Shown: positions 1-10,290, counted from the stretch's first letter. The stretch is DNA of 64,000 nt from Candidatus Brocadiia bacterium (GCA_050015075.1 JBEKCB010000006.1:121581-185580), one strand, 5' to 3'. Notes: generated from the sequence alone by a model not told the origin. Numbers and translations are program-made.

Positions 1-344
1 AAGATCGGCGTGATGTACTTGTTCAGGATCCGCAGCCGGTTTCGAGCGGTGAACGCCTGGATCTCGTCCTCATCGAACAGCCGCCCGCGCGCGCCGCCGG
101 CGGCCCGTTCGGCCTCCATCCGCTCCCATTCCATCTGTTCTTCTTCCGCCAGCCCGACCTGGCGCATCCGGATCAGCGAGATCAGCCAGACCAGGGCGCC
201 GATGAAAAGCTGGCAGCTCAGAACATACGTGCACGAGCATCCCGTGCGCCAACAGATGACCAGGCAGAAGATGACGCCGATCAATTGTACAATCAGGCCG
301 GCAACCGCCACGTGTTCAGCCGGCTTCCGATCGAGCCTTGCCAC
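1..344 (-). CDS. Partial membrane protein, runs off the left edge (possibly the N-terminus of an SPFH-type protein)
   Basis: GTG at 344 preceded by GGAGGAGGAG; open frame VARLDRKPAEHVAVAGLIVQLIGVIFCLVIC... with two hydrophobic segments; not in the ORF track; family is a guess. Confidence 0.65.
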   Translation of the reverse strand, partial: MARLDRKPAEHVAVAGLIVQLIGVIFCLVICWRTGCSCTYVLSCQLFIGALVWLISLIRMRQVGLAEEEQMEWERMEAERAAGGARGRLFDEDEIQAFTARNRLRILNKYITPI

Positions 345-439
345 TGTGTGCTCCTCCTCCTCTGTCCGTCCGCGTAACTGCGCCGTTCAACCGGCCGCCC
401 TCGGCGGTCCGCCCTTCGGCAGGGCCCGCCGAGCATCCG

Positions 440-1501
440 CTATGCTACCTGCCGCTCCTGGAATAACAGCATCCCGAGGAACAGAAAAGCGCTGATGAAA
501 AAGAACGCGTAGATCCCCGTATAAATCACCAGTATCGCCGGCACGGGAATGCCGGCGTTCAGAGTGTCCGAGACCCAGAACACCTGCAGGTTCGGTATCA
601 GAGCGTATAGAATGCCCGCTAACCACTTCAGTTTCGGCGCGTTCGCGCCCAACTGCACGAAGAGATACTCCGACAGGAGCCCCAGCAGGAACATGCCGGA
701 GCACACCGCCACGTTGACCACGACGCTGAGGCGCGTCGAAACCGCCACCGCAAAAGCGGCCATGAGCAGGATCGCCCAGCAGCACATGATGCACGCGCGG
801 ACGACATCCAGGTTGATCCCCTTGCCGAAGGCGCCCCAGTTCTCCTTCAGGGCGCGCGTGTCCACGAAACCGAAAACGACGAAGCAGATCGTCAGCAGCG
901 GAATGGCCGCCCCGATCGCCCGGCTCGCGAACGGCCGGTCATGGAAAAAGTTGTGGTAAAGCCCGTAGCAGACCGCCAGGAACATGCAGCCGAATACGGA
1001 AAGCACGATCCAGAGGCTGAGTTCCGTTTCAAGGTCCCCTTCCAGCGCGCCGCCGCTGACCGTGAGGACGAGCACCAGCGAAAGGAGATAGATGGCGATG
1101 ATCAATCCGGTCATGATCCCGAGGAATTTGCCGAGGACAAACTCCGACCGGCCGACCGGCTTCGAGATCACCGTCAGCACCGTCCGGTTGTCAATTTCCT
1201 GCGAGATGACGTTCGAAGCGGTGAACGCCCCCACGAGCAACCCGGCGAGCATCAGCGTGGCCAGCCCCATGTCGGTGATGAACTTCGCGGACTGCATCAT
1301 CGTGAACATCGTGACGTAAGGGCTGACCAGGATCATCGCCGCCGCCGAACCCACGATCGCGCCGTACACCGGCTGCCGAATGCCTTCGATGAAAGTATTC
1401 GCCGCGACGGAGTAGACTTTGACGAGGAAGTAGACGAACGGCGAAGGCCGTTCCGTCGGCTCCAGTCTGGCGCGACTTTCACCCATGTACTGCGGCCTCA
1501 C
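440..1501 (-). CDS. ABC-2 type transporter permease
   Basis: Multi-TM protein with EIDNRTVLTVISKPVGRSEFVLGKFLG motif typical of ABC-2/NosY-like permeases. Confidence 0.85.
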   Translation of the reverse strand: MRPQYMGESRARLEPTERPSPFVYFLVKVYSVAANTFIEGIRQPVYGAIVGSAAAMILVSPYVTMFTMMQSAKFITDMGLATLMLAGLLVGAFTASNVISQEIDNRTVLTVISKPVGRSEFVLGKFLGIMTGLIIAIYLLSLVLVLTVSGGALEGDLETELSLWIVLSVFGCMFLAVCYGLYHNFFHDRPFASRAIGAAIPLLTICFVVFGFVDTRALKENWGAFGKGINLDVVRACIMCCWAILLMAAFAVAVSTRLSVVVNVAVCSGMFLLGLLSEYLFVQLGANAPKLKWLAGILYALIPNLQVFWVSDTLNAGIPVPAILVIYTGIYAFFFISAFLFLGMLLFQERQVA

Positions 1502-1718
1502 GCGGAGAACAGACGGGCATGTGATCAGACAGTCTTACTTACAGCGTCCGCCTCGGGGACCATGCGTCGTACGAGTACCAAGGAAACTTGACGCTTTACG
1601 AATGCTGCGGACCAGACAGCAGACCGCGCCCCGGCGTCGCGTTTGGCGCCGAGCCCGAATGCGACGGGAGCATTGTATCAAATGTTCAAAAAATTGCAAG
1701 TCCCCTGTCGGAGAAATT

Positions 1719-2501
1719 TCAGAAGCCCCGTTCCGCCGGCCCGAAAAGCCTGATCGCATTGGCCGCGGTCCGCGCGGCGACCTCGTCGGCGGTCATTCCG
1801 CGAAGCGCCGCCAGCGCCTCCGCCACGTATCGCACAAAAGCCGGCTCGTTCCGCCGGCCCCGCACCGGTTGCGGCGCCAGATAGGGGCAATCGGTCTCGA
1901 TCAGCAGTTGCTCCATCGGCGCGAGCCGGCCGATCTCGCGGAGATTCCCGGCGCTGGGGAAAGTCAGCGGTCCCGCAAACGAGATGAAAAAGCCCATCCC
2001 GATCAGCGCTTCCGCCGTCGCCCGGTCCCCCGCGAAGCAGTGCAGCACCCCGCGCAGCCCGTCGCCGGCATGCTCTTTCAGAACCGCCAGGCAATCTGCG
2101 TACGCCTCGCGGCAATGGATCACCACCGGCAGGTTAAGCTGCAGCGCGATCCGAATCTGCGACTCGAAGACCGCCCGCTGAACGTCGCGCGGCGAACGAT
2201 CATAATGATAATCCAGCCCGGTCTCGCCGATCGCCACGACGCCCGGACTTCGTGCAAGCTCAGCCAGCCGCGCCAGCGCCGCCTCGTCCGCGCCCGCCGC
2301 ATCGTGCGGATGAATCCCGACCGACGCGCAGACAAACTCCGGATTCCGCTGCGCGAGCGCAATGGCGGCCTCGCAGGAAGCCAGCCCCGTGCCCACCGTC
2401 ACGATGCGCTGAACTCCCGCCTCGCGCGCCCGGTCCAGAACCGCCGTCAAGTCCGGCGCGAACCGCCCGTCGTCCAGATGTGCATGCGAGTCCGCAAGCA
2501 T
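1719..2501 (-). CDS. tatD: TatD family DNase
   Basis: DSHAHL, GIHPH, AIGETGLDY, IHCRE, LHCF and ETDCPY motifs. Confidence 0.95.
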   Translation of the reverse strand: MLADSHAHLDDGRFAPDLTAVLDRAREAGVQRIVTVGTGLASCEAAIALAQRNPEFVCASVGIHPHDAAGADEAALARLAELARSPGVVAIGETGLDYHYDRSPRDVQRAVFESQIRIALQLNLPVVIHCREAYADCLAVLKEHAGDGLRGVLHCFAGDRATAEALIGMGFFISFAGPLTFPSAGNLREIGRLAPMEQLLIETDCPYLAPQPVRGRRNEPAFVRYVAEALAALRGMTADEVAARTAANAIRLFGPAERGF

Positions 2502-2569
2502 CGCAATCCGCCCTGTCTTGAAAAATCGGCTTCCACCTGATAAACTGTCCGGCGAACTGGGAATCTGAT

Positions 2570-2642
2570 TCCTCGGTAGCTCAATCGGTAGAGCGGGTGG
2601 CTGTTAACCACTAGGTTCGAGGTTCAAGTCCTCGCCGAGGAG
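2570..2642 (+). tRNA. tRNA-Asn(GTT)
   Basis: TCCTCGG...CCGAGGA acceptor stem, TAGCTCAATCGGTAGAGC D-arm, CTGTTAA anticodon loop, GGTTCAAGTCC T-arm; CCA not encoded. Confidence 0.95.
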
Positions 2643-2718
2643 CCTTTCAACTCGCTTCGCTCGCTCAAGGGCGGAGCGAGTTGTGTTTTATTGGCCACCC
2701 GCGCGCGCACCGCCGCGA

Positions 2719-4542
2719 TCATTTCTTCCCAACCGCTTCCCGGATGGCCTCCAGGAACACTCGCCCGTACTTCGCGACCTTGCGCTCGCCCAAGCCGAAG
2801 ACTTCCAGGAGTTCCGCCTCGGTCGTCGGCTTCCGGCGGGCCATGTCGAGCAGCGACGCGTCATGGAAGACGACGTACGCGGGAATGCCTTTCGAGTCGG
2901 CGATCTCGCGCCGCAGCGCGCGCAGCGCCTCGAACAATTCCTGGTCCACGCCCTCCATCGAGACCTTCGCGGCGCGCGCGGACTTCGCCGGCCGCTTCTT
3001 CTTCGGCTCGCGTTTCTTCGGCGGCTCCAGGAGGTTCGGCGTGTCCAGGCCCTTGAGCACGCGCCGGCCCTGCTCGGTCACGGCCAGCACCTTGAACTCG
3101 CCCACGCGGTCCAGGCATCCCTGCGAGGCCAGTTGCTCGATCCAGTCGCGGACGGCGCGCTTGGAATAATCCCGGAGCAGCCCGTACGTCGAGAGCTGAT
3201 CGTGCCGGTTCCGCAGAATCCGCTCGTCGCTCGAGCCGGTGAGGACCAGCGCGGTGTAATCGCCGCCGAACCGCTCGCCCTGCCGGAGGACGCAGGATAG
3301 GATTTTCTGCGCGGTCACGAGCGAGTCTTTCATCCCTTTCACGTCGCCGAGGCATACGTCGCATGCGCCGCAGTTGTCCCTGGCCGGGTCCTGGCCGAAG
3401 TAGGCGAGAATCTCCTTCCGGCGGCAGGCGCTGGCGGTGCAGTACGAATACATGTGGTTGAGCTTCTCCAGCGAAATCGTCCGCGCGACCGGTTCGGTGT
3501 TCTCCAGGATGCTCCTCCACACGCCGTAGTCGCCGCCGGAGTAAAGCAGGATGCATTCGGCGGGAAGCCCGTCGCGCCCGGCGCGGCCGCTTTCCTGCTG
3601 GTAGTGTTCGAGCGATTTCGGCATGCCGGCGTGGATCACGCAGCGGACGTTCGACTTGTCAATGCCCATGCCGAACGCGACGGTCGCGACAATGATGTCC
3701 GCTCGCTCGCGGATGAACGCGTCCTGGTTGGTCTTGCGCGCCTCGTCGTCCATGCCGGCGTGGTATGGCAGCGCGCGATAACCCTTGTCGGCGAGGCCCT
3801 CGCACAGCTCATCCACGTCCACCCGGCGAATGCAGTAGACCAGCGCCGATTCGCCTTTGTGCCGGTCGAGGATCCCGCTGACCTGGCCGAGCCGGTTTTC
3901 GCGGCGCTCGACGCGATAGACCAGGTTCGGCCGGTCGAACGAGCCGACCAGGATTTTCGGATCGGCCAGCCGCAGTTGCAGCGCGACGTCCGCGCGGACC
4001 TTTTCGGTGGCCGTGGCCGTATAGGCGTGAATCGCCATCTTCGGAAACAGGTCGCGCAGTTGCCCGAGCTGCCGATACTCCGGCCGGAAATCATGGCCCC
4101 ACATGCTGATGCAGTGCGCCTCGTCAATGGCGATGAAGGACGGCTTCAGCCGCTTCAGAAGCTCGATGAAGGAATCGGAGACCAGCCGCTCCGGCGCGAC
4201 GTACAGCAGCTTCAGCGCGCGGCAGCGGATTTTCTGCATCGCGTCGTTCTGCTCCGCCGCGGTCAGCGAGCTGTCCAGCCGCGCGGCCGACACGCCGCAT
4301 TCGAGCAAGCCGTCCACCTGGTCCTTCATCAGCGCGATCAGCGGCGAGACGATGACCGCCATTCCCGGCAGGACCACCGCCGGCGCCTGGAAGCACAGCG
4401 ACTTGCCACCGCCGGTCGGCAGCACCACCAGCGAATCCTGCCCGGCGACCACCGCCGACATAGCCTCCTTCTGGAGCGGCAGGAACGAGCCGTATCCCCA
4501 GTACTGCTTCAGTGCTTTTTCAAGGTCGGGCAAGGCGCGCAT
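2719..4542 (-). CDS. recQ: ATP-dependent DNA helicase RecQ
   Basis: PTGGGKS, DEAHC and QESGRAGRDG motifs, Zn-binding CGACDVC, RQC and C-terminal HRDC domains. Confidence 0.95.
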   Translation of the reverse strand: MRALPDLEKALKQYWGYGSFLPLQKEAMSAVVAGQDSLVVLPTGGGKSLCFQAPAVVLPGMAVIVSPLIALMKDQVDGLLECGVSAARLDSSLTAAEQNDAMQKIRCRALKLLYVAPERLVSDSFIELLKRLKPSFIAIDEAHCISMWGHDFRPEYRQLGQLRDLFPKMAIHAYTATATEKVRADVALQLRLADPKILVGSFDRPNLVYRVERRENRLGQVSGILDRHKGESALVYCIRRVDVDELCEGLADKGYRALPYHAGMDDEARKTNQDAFIRERADIIVATVAFGMGIDKSNVRCVIHAGMPKSLEHYQQESGRAGRDGLPAECILLYSGGDYGVWRSILENTEPVARTISLEKLNHMYSYCTASACRRKEILAYFGQDPARDNCGACDVCLGDVKGMKDSLVTAQKILSCVLRQGERFGGDYTALVLTGSSDERILRNRHDQLSTYGLLRDYSKRAVRDWIEQLASQGCLDRVGEFKVLAVTEQGRRVLKGLDTPNLLEPPKKREPKKKRPAKSARAAKVSMEGVDQELFEALRALRREIADSKGIPAYVVFHDASLLDMARRKPTTEAELLEVFGLGERKVAKYGRVFLEAIREAVGKK

Positions 4543-4629
4543 CCGGATACAGAGGTTATTGCGGCCATCGGCGACGGGCTTCGATTATACGAATTCCGCC
4601 CGGCCGGCGCCATGCCCGCGAAAACCCGC

Positions 4630-4658
4630 TTGACAGAACCGCCCGCTAAAGACAGAAT
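4630..4658 (+). promoter_or_regulatory. Putative sigma70 promoter of iorA
   Basis: TTGACA-17bp-CAGAAT just upstream of ATG 4669. Confidence 0.5.
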
Positions 4659-4668
4659 CCTTCGCAAC

Positions 4669-6237
4669 ATGAGCGAGACCGAACGACTGCTGTTGAGTGG
4701 CGACGAGGCCATCGCCCTGGCGGCCCGCGATGCGGGCGTCGCGCTGGGCGCCGGTTATCCGGGAACGCCCTCCACCGAGATCCTTGAGCGTTTCTCGGAA
4801 CTGGGCGGGCGGGCGCAGTGGGCGCCGAATGAGAAGGTGGCGATGGAGGTCGCCCTCGGCGCCGCCTTCGGCAACGCGCGCGCGATGGTGACGATGAAGC
4901 ACGTCGGCCTCAACGTGGCCGCCGACCCGCTCTTCACCGCCGCGTACACCGGCGTGGCCGCTGCGCTGGTCGTAGTCTCCGCCGACGACCCGGGCATGGC
5001 TTCGAGCCAGAACGAGCAGGACAACCGGCACTACGCCGTCGCCGCGGGCGTGCCGATGCTGGAGCCTTCGGATTCGCAGGAGGCGTACGATTTCACCGCG
5101 GCGGCCATCGAGATTTCCGAACGCTGGCACATCCCGGTGCTGCTGCGCATCACCACGCGAGTCTGCCACTCCAAGACCATCGTCCGCCCGCGAAAGCTCG
5201 CGCCGCCGCCGGCCGCGCCGAACTTCGAGCGCGACATTCCAGGCCGCGTCATGATCCCTGCGTACGCCCGGCCCGCGCATCGCCGGCTGAGGCAGAAGCT
5301 CGCGGAGATCGCGCGGTGGAACGAATCGAGCGAATGGAACCGCGTCATACCCGGCGACCCGGCGCTCGGCATCATCACCTCCGGGATTGCGTTCATGCAC
5401 GCGCGCGAGGCCGCGCCGGAGGCGTCCGTGCTCAAGCTCGGCCTGACTTATCCCCTGCCGATCGAGAAGGCCCGGCAGTTCGCGCAGAGCGTCCGGCGCT
5501 GCATCGTGATCGAGGAAGGCGATCCCTGGCTGGCGGATGCCCTCCGCGCGGCGGGCATCGCCGTCGAGGGCAAGCCGGAGATGTACCGCTTCGGCGAGCT
5601 GAACGTCGAGCGCGTCCGGCGGATTCTGGCCGGCGACGTCAGCCCGGAATTCTCGCCGCCGCCGGGCAAGCCGCCGCAGCTCTGCCCGGGCTGTCCGCAT
5701 CGCGCCGTGTTCGAGACGCTGGGCAAGCTCAAGTGCATCGTGGCCGGCGACATCGGCTGCTACACGCTCGGCGTGCTGCCGCCGTTCCAGGCGATGGATT
5801 CCTGCGTCTGCATGGGCGCGAGCATCGGCGTCGGCCTCGGCCTGCGGCACGTGCTGCCGCCGGAGCAGGCCCGGCGCGTGGTGAGCGTCATCGGCGACAG
5901 CACGTTCGTGCACAGCGGCGTCACCGGCCTCATCGAGATGGCGTACAACCCGCCGCTGACCGGGCACGTGGTCGTCATCCTGGATAACGGCACGACGGCG
6001 ATGACCGGCCTGCAGGAGCATCCGGGCACGGGCCGCCGCCTCGCCGGCGAGCCGACGCACCGGCTGGTCTTCGAGGAACTCGCCAGGGTTATCGGAATCG
6101 GGAACGTGCACGTCGTGGACCCGACGAAGGACATGCAGGGGTTCGAGCAGTTGCTCTCGGACAGCCTCGCGCGCGCCGAGTTGACCGTGATCGTTGCGCG
6201 CCGCCCGTGCCTGCTCTCCGCCAAGAAGCGCCAGTGA
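4669..6237 (+). CDS. iorA: Indolepyruvate ferredoxin oxidoreductase alpha subunit (short form)
   Basis: GYPGTPSTEI, MKHVGLNVAAD, LCPGCPHR, GDIGCY and TPP motif GDSTF...DNGTTAMTG; the ORF-track start at 3454 is a spurious extension. Confidence 0.9.
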   Translation: MSETERLLLSGDEAIALAARDAGVALGAGYPGTPSTEILERFSELGGRAQWAPNEKVAMEVALGAAFGNARAMVTMKHVGLNVAADPLFTAAYTGVAAALVVVSADDPGMASSQNEQDNRHYAVAAGVPMLEPSDSQEAYDFTAAAIEISERWHIPVLLRITTRVCHSKTIVRPRKLAPPPAAPNFERDIPGRVMIPAYARPAHRRLRQKLAEIARWNESSEWNRVIPGDPALGIITSGIAFMHAREAAPEASVLKLGLTYPLPIEKARQFAQSVRRCIVIEEGDPWLADALRAAGIAVEGKPEMYRFGELNVERVRRILAGDVSPEFSPPPGKPPQLCPGCPHRAVFETLGKLKCIVAGDIGCYTLGVLPPFQAMDSCVCMGASIGVGLGLRHVLPPEQARRVVSVIGDSTFVHSGVTGLIEMAYNPPLTGHVVVILDNGTTAMTGLQEHPGTGRRLAGEPTHRLVFEELARVIGIGNVHVVDPTKDMQGFEQLLSDSLARAELTVIVARRPCLLSAKKRQ

Positions 6238-6247
6238 GGGACTGCGA

Positions 6248-6550
6248 GTGGGCGCCGACTGCACGATCATTATTAACGGATCGCGCAAGGAGACGGTTAA
6301 GGCCGGCTCCCGCCTTCTGTACGCCCTCTGGAGCAGAAAAATCTTCATCCCGTCGCTCTGCGGCGGACAGGGCAAGTGCGGCCGCTGCAAGGTCAAGGTC
6401 GTGAAAGGCGGCGGCGAGCGGCTGCCGGCCGAAGAGCCGTTCCTGACGCCCGAAGAGAGGGCGCAGGGAATGCGGCTCGCCTGCCAGGTGCAGGTGACCG
6501 GCGACATCGAGATCAGCGTGCCGGAAAATCTCGTTTCAGCGCGCGGATGA
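6248..6550 (+). CDS. 2Fe-2S ferredoxin-like protein
   Basis: CGGQGKCGRC...RLACQ motif as in NqrF/RamA N-terminal domains; GTG start chosen after the iorA stop. Confidence 0.85.
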   Translation: MGADCTIIINGSRKETVKAGSRLLYALWSRKIFIPSLCGGQGKCGRCKVKVVKGGGERLPAEEPFLTPEERAQGMRLACQVQVTGDIEISVPENLVSARG

Positions 6551-6640
6551 CCGCGCAAGAGTTCCATCGTCCATCGTCCCTGGTCTATCGTCCGTCTTGC
6601 GCCTCTTCGCGGCTGAACTTTTTCAGGTGAGAGCAGGATC

Positions 6641-8047
6641 ATGGAGATCAAGCTGACGTTCCTAGGCGCGGCGCAGACCGTCACCGGCTCGCGATACCTG
6701 CTCGAAGCGAACGGCGTCAGGCTCCTCGTGGACTGCGGCCTCTGCCAGGAACGCGAACTCCAGTCGCGCAACTGGCAGCCGTTCCCGGTCCCTCCCAATA
6801 CGATCCAGGCGGCCTTCTTCACGCACGCGCACCTCGACCACTGCGGCCTCTTCCCCAAGTTCTATCGCGAAGGATTCCGCGGCAAGCTGTACTGCACCGC
6901 GGCCACGTCCGAGGTCGCAGGGCTCGTCCTCGAGGACTCCGCGCGGCTGCAGGAAGAGAGCGCGCAGTTCAAGCAGAACCGGCATCGGCAGGAAGGCCGG
7001 AAGGCCGAGCATCCCGAAGTGCCGCTCTACGGCGTCGAGGACGCGCGCGCCTGCCAGGGCTGCTTCACCGCGGCGAAATACGGCGAGCCGGTCCGCATTG
7101 CGGATGGGATCGAGGCGACGTTCTACAACGTCGGCCACGTCCTCGGCGCCTCGTTCATCCGGATCGTCATCCGGAGCAACGGCCGGCAGACCGCGATCGT
7201 TTTCTCCGGTGATATCGGCCGATGGAACATGCCCATCCTCCAGGATCCCACCCTTCCGACGCAGGCCGATTACGTGCTGATTGAATCCACCTACGGCGAC
7301 CGGCTCCATCCGCCCGAGAGCGATATGGCCGGCCTGCTCGCCGCCGAGGTCAACCGGGTCCGCGACGCCGGCGGCAACCTCGTGATCCCGGCGTTCGCTT
7401 TCGAGCGCGCGCAGGACGTCCTCTTCGAGCTTAACGAACTGCTCCTGGCGAATAAGATTCCGCACCTGATGACCTTCCTCGACAGCCCCATGGCCGTCAG
7501 CATCTGCGAGGTGTTCGAGCGCCATCCCGAACTGTATGACCACCAGATGGCCGAGCGCGTCGGCGAACACGAATCGCCGTTCGATCTTCCCGGCCTGAAG
7601 CTCACCCGCACGGCCCAGGAATCGAAGGCCATCAATCACATCCGCGGCTCGTGCATCATCATGGCCGGCGCGGGCATGTGCAACGGAGGCCGCATCAAGC
7701 ATCACCTGACACGCAACATCACGCGGCCCGAGAGCACCATCCTCTTCGTCGGATACCAGGCCGCCGGCACCCTCGGCCGCCAGATCGCAGACGGCGCAAA
7801 AGAGGTGCGCATCCTCGGCCAGACCTACCCGGTCCGCGCGCGCGTCGCGCGGCTCGACGGCTGCTCCGGCCACGCCGACCGCGACGAACTGCTCCGCTGG
7901 CTCGGGAAACTCCAAGCGCCGCCGAAGAAGACCTTCGTAGTCCACGGCGAATCCGAATCCGCCCTAAGCTTCGCCGCCCTGGTCTCCCAAAAACCCGGCT
8001 GGACCGCCCTGGCGCCGAACTACGGTGACTCGTTCGCATTGGAATAA
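6641..8047 (+). CDS. MBL-fold beta-CASP ribonuclease
   Basis: LGAAQTVTGS, THAHLDH, ESTYG, SGHAD and VHGE motifs. Confidence 0.92.
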   Translation: MEIKLTFLGAAQTVTGSRYLLEANGVRLLVDCGLCQERELQSRNWQPFPVPPNTIQAAFFTHAHLDHCGLFPKFYREGFRGKLYCTAATSEVAGLVLEDSARLQEESAQFKQNRHRQEGRKAEHPEVPLYGVEDARACQGCFTAAKYGEPVRIADGIEATFYNVGHVLGASFIRIVIRSNGRQTAIVFSGDIGRWNMPILQDPTLPTQADYVLIESTYGDRLHPPESDMAGLLAAEVNRVRDAGGNLVIPAFAFERAQDVLFELNELLLANKIPHLMTFLDSPMAVSICEVFERHPELYDHQMAERVGEHESPFDLPGLKLTRTAQESKAINHIRGSCIIMAGAGMCNGGRIKHHLTRNITRPESTILFVGYQAAGTLGRQIADGAKEVRILGQTYPVRARVARLDGCSGHADRDELLRWLGKLQAPPKKTFVVHGESESALSFAALVSQKPGWTALAPNYGDSFALE

Positions 8048-8086
8048 ACGCCGTTGTGTCGCACCAACAAAGAAAGGAAGAAAGCC

Positions 8087-8953
8087 ATGAATTCGATCTC
8101 GACGAAGATGCGTCTTGCTGCAAAGCCTGCCGTCGCCGCGTTAGTCCTGGCAATGACATGCATATCGTGCGCCAATCGCGACCCCGGAGATACAACGGGC
8201 ACGCTTCCTCAGCAGGCAGCTACTCTAAAACCGGCTCTCTTTCAGGATTTTCATACGGGCTGGATCAACAATACGTCGCAGGATGGCCTCTGGAAAATCA
8301 ATGGGATTTGGGTAGGCACGGGGCAAAACACGTTCGATCCCGCCAACGTCACCTTTACGGAAACCTATCCCGGCGAGAAGAGCAAAGGTTTCATGTATTT
8401 CAAGTCCAAAGCCAATACAACCAATGGATCTGAAATACAGACGATCTCTTCGGGCCCGTGTTATGGCTACGGCTATTACGAAGTCAGGATGAAATTAACC
8501 AGCGTCGGCGACCCTGCAACCAACCGGGGGGTTTGCGCTTCCTTCTTCTGGAAGGAAAAGAACTATGCCGCGGGCGAATGGGATCTCGAGTTCCTGACCA
8601 ACGATAAATGGATCACCTCGCCCGACAGCGGCCAGGTCACCATGAACTATCACCTGGATGACAACCGGAGCAAGGTCCACTACCAGGACCTTCCCTTCAA
8701 TCCCTCCAAAGGGTTTCACCGGTACGGGTTTCTCTGGCAGCCGACCCGCCTGGACTGGACCGTTGACGGAAAGATTGTCTACAGCTTCGAGGATCCGGGA
8801 GTCGCCAGCGAGCCCGGCTGGATCATGATGAATAGCTGGACCGGCAACAGAAACTGGGGCGGCCTGGCCCCGACAGAAGATGCCGTGACGATCTACGACT
8901 GGGTAAAGTTCTATCCCAACGTGACATCGGTCCCCAATGACGGGAAGGAATAA
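8087..8953 (+). CDS. GH16 family glycoside hydrolase, putative lipoprotein
   Basis: YGYGYYEVRMK, catalytic EWDLE (ExDxE), FHRYGFLW; signal ending in TCISC. Confidence 0.85.
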   Translation: MNSISTKMRLAAKPAVAALVLAMTCISCANRDPGDTTGTLPQQAATLKPALFQDFHTGWINNTSQDGLWKINGIWVGTGQNTFDPANVTFTETYPGEKSKGFMYFKSKANTTNGSEIQTISSGPCYGYGYYEVRMKLTSVGDPATNRGVCASFFWKEKNYAAGEWDLEFLTNDKWITSPDSGQVTMNYHLDDNRSKVHYQDLPFNPSKGFHRYGFLWQPTRLDWTVDGKIVYSFEDPGVASEPGWIMMNSWTGNRNWGGLAPTEDAVTIYDWVKFYPNVTSVPNDGKE

Positions 8954-8960
8954 GTGGGCG

Positions 8961-9149
8961 TTGCGGGGGACATAAAGCGTATTTCTAATTGAGATGCGCA
9001 AGGCAGAAGGTTAGATTGAACGCCCACGCAGAATAGCGCGAGTAGTATTAGGCAGGCATCCGCATCATGCCGCGCAGCGCGGCGTGACGCCAAGAGCCGG
9101 CCGCTCAGCGAGAAGGAGCAGGAAATAGGGTTTATGTCACCGGAATTCC
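8961..9149 (+). mobile_element. Internally deleted RAYT-like (REP-associated transposase) relic
   Basis: Left end cgggggacataaagcgtatttc and inverted right end ggaaatagggtttatgtcaccgg enclose a promoter-like segment, an ATG-CCG-CGC (MPR) stub and a short basic tail. Confidence 0.45.
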
Positions 9150-9365
9150 AAACACTACGAGATATCGGTCGAAAACGGGTGCCTTTCCCCGGTTTGTCTA
9201 AAGGAATAGAACTACACGGCACGAGCCGTCCGTCCTACGCGATTGCGGCCCCGCACAATCTCAGGATGAATGGCTTGACATCACGCGCCTCCAGAGCGAT
9301 AGTACAGCGCCTTCTTTCGACAGCTCTTTCGGCCCGCGTACAAGGATAACGGTTAGGCACTCGCG

Positions 9366-10115
9366 ATGGCCGCAATGACCGATATGGAGGTCAACAACTT
9401 ACCTCAACTCTTTAGCGCCTTAGTCGGCCTCCATAAACAGTTCGGTATCAGGCCTTGGTGGCGCGGTCAAGCCGTCCTAGACTGGGGCTTGCTCGCAGCC
9501 ATCCATCGCCAAGGAAAAGCTTACAGCGAATACAACCTGACTAACCGATTCAGAGCCATGGCAAAACCGCGATATCCGGCATGTCCGGACTCCAACGACC
9601 TCCCTAGCTGGCTGTTCTTGATGCAACACTACCGGCTCCCGACCAGACTTCTAGACTGGAGCGAGTCGCCACTAGTGGCCCTATTCTTCGCAATCGAAAA
9701 CAGAAAACACGACGACGCAGACGGAGCTTTGTGGGCGCTCCACCCTACGATGCTCAACAAGGCCCAAACTGGAGAAGCCACTATCTTCGGCTCCAGCAAC
9801 GCGCGCTTGCAACCGCTCTTCCGCGCGGCCTTTCAATCAGGTCAAAGGCCGCCAGAACAGGTACTTTCCGTGAATGCGGAACAGATAGACACGCGGCAGA
9901 TGGTCCAACAGGCAAAATTCACCATTCATGCATCCCGTGCCCCCATGAACGAGCATCCTTCTCGCGCTGATTTTCTAGCCCGGATTCGAATACCGAAAGG
10001 CACGAAGGAGACTTTCCGTCAGAGCATTCAAGTCTTGAGCATCAGCCGGGAAACCCTCTTCCCCGACCTAGAGAATCTGAGTACTGTTCTTCGCGAACTT
10101 GTGTTTGCGGAGTAG
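9366..10115 (+). CDS. FRG domain-containing protein
   Basis: WWRGQ, MQHYRLPTRLLDWSESPLVALFFA, ISRETLFPDL; visibly lower GC than flanks. Confidence 0.92.
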   Translation: MAAMTDMEVNNLPQLFSALVGLHKQFGIRPWWRGQAVLDWGLLAAIHRQGKAYSEYNLTNRFRAMAKPRYPACPDSNDLPSWLFLMQHYRLPTRLLDWSESPLVALFFAIENRKHDDADGALWALHPTMLNKAQTGEATIFGSSNARLQPLFRAAFQSGQRPPEQVLSVNAEQIDTRQMVQQAKFTIHASRAPMNEHPSRADFLARIRIPKGTKETFRQSIQVLSISRETLFPDLENLSTVLRELVFAE

Positions 10116-10218
10116 CCGTAACGTCCGCATCCATCCGTCACAGAAAAAGGCGAGCCGCGCTTAAGCCACACGTGAGCGGCTATTCGACCCCGGATTCATG
10201 CGACCTCAATGAGGGCGC

Positions 10219-10290
10219 ATTCCGGGGGCATAAACCCTATTTTTAATTGACATCCGCAAGGCAGGCGGTTAGATCGACCTCCGGAATTCC
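10219..10290 (+). repeat. Second, shorter copy of the 8961-9149 element
   Basis: cgggggcataaaccctatttttaattgacatccgcaaggcaggcggttagat matches 8964-9016 over ~55 bp and ends in the same ccggaattcc. Confidence 0.7.

Noticed and set aside
3454-4668. 927-aa ORF suggesting a long N-terminal fusion on IorA
   Set aside because: The extension is the antisense shadow of recQ; a promoter and ATG sit at 4630-4669
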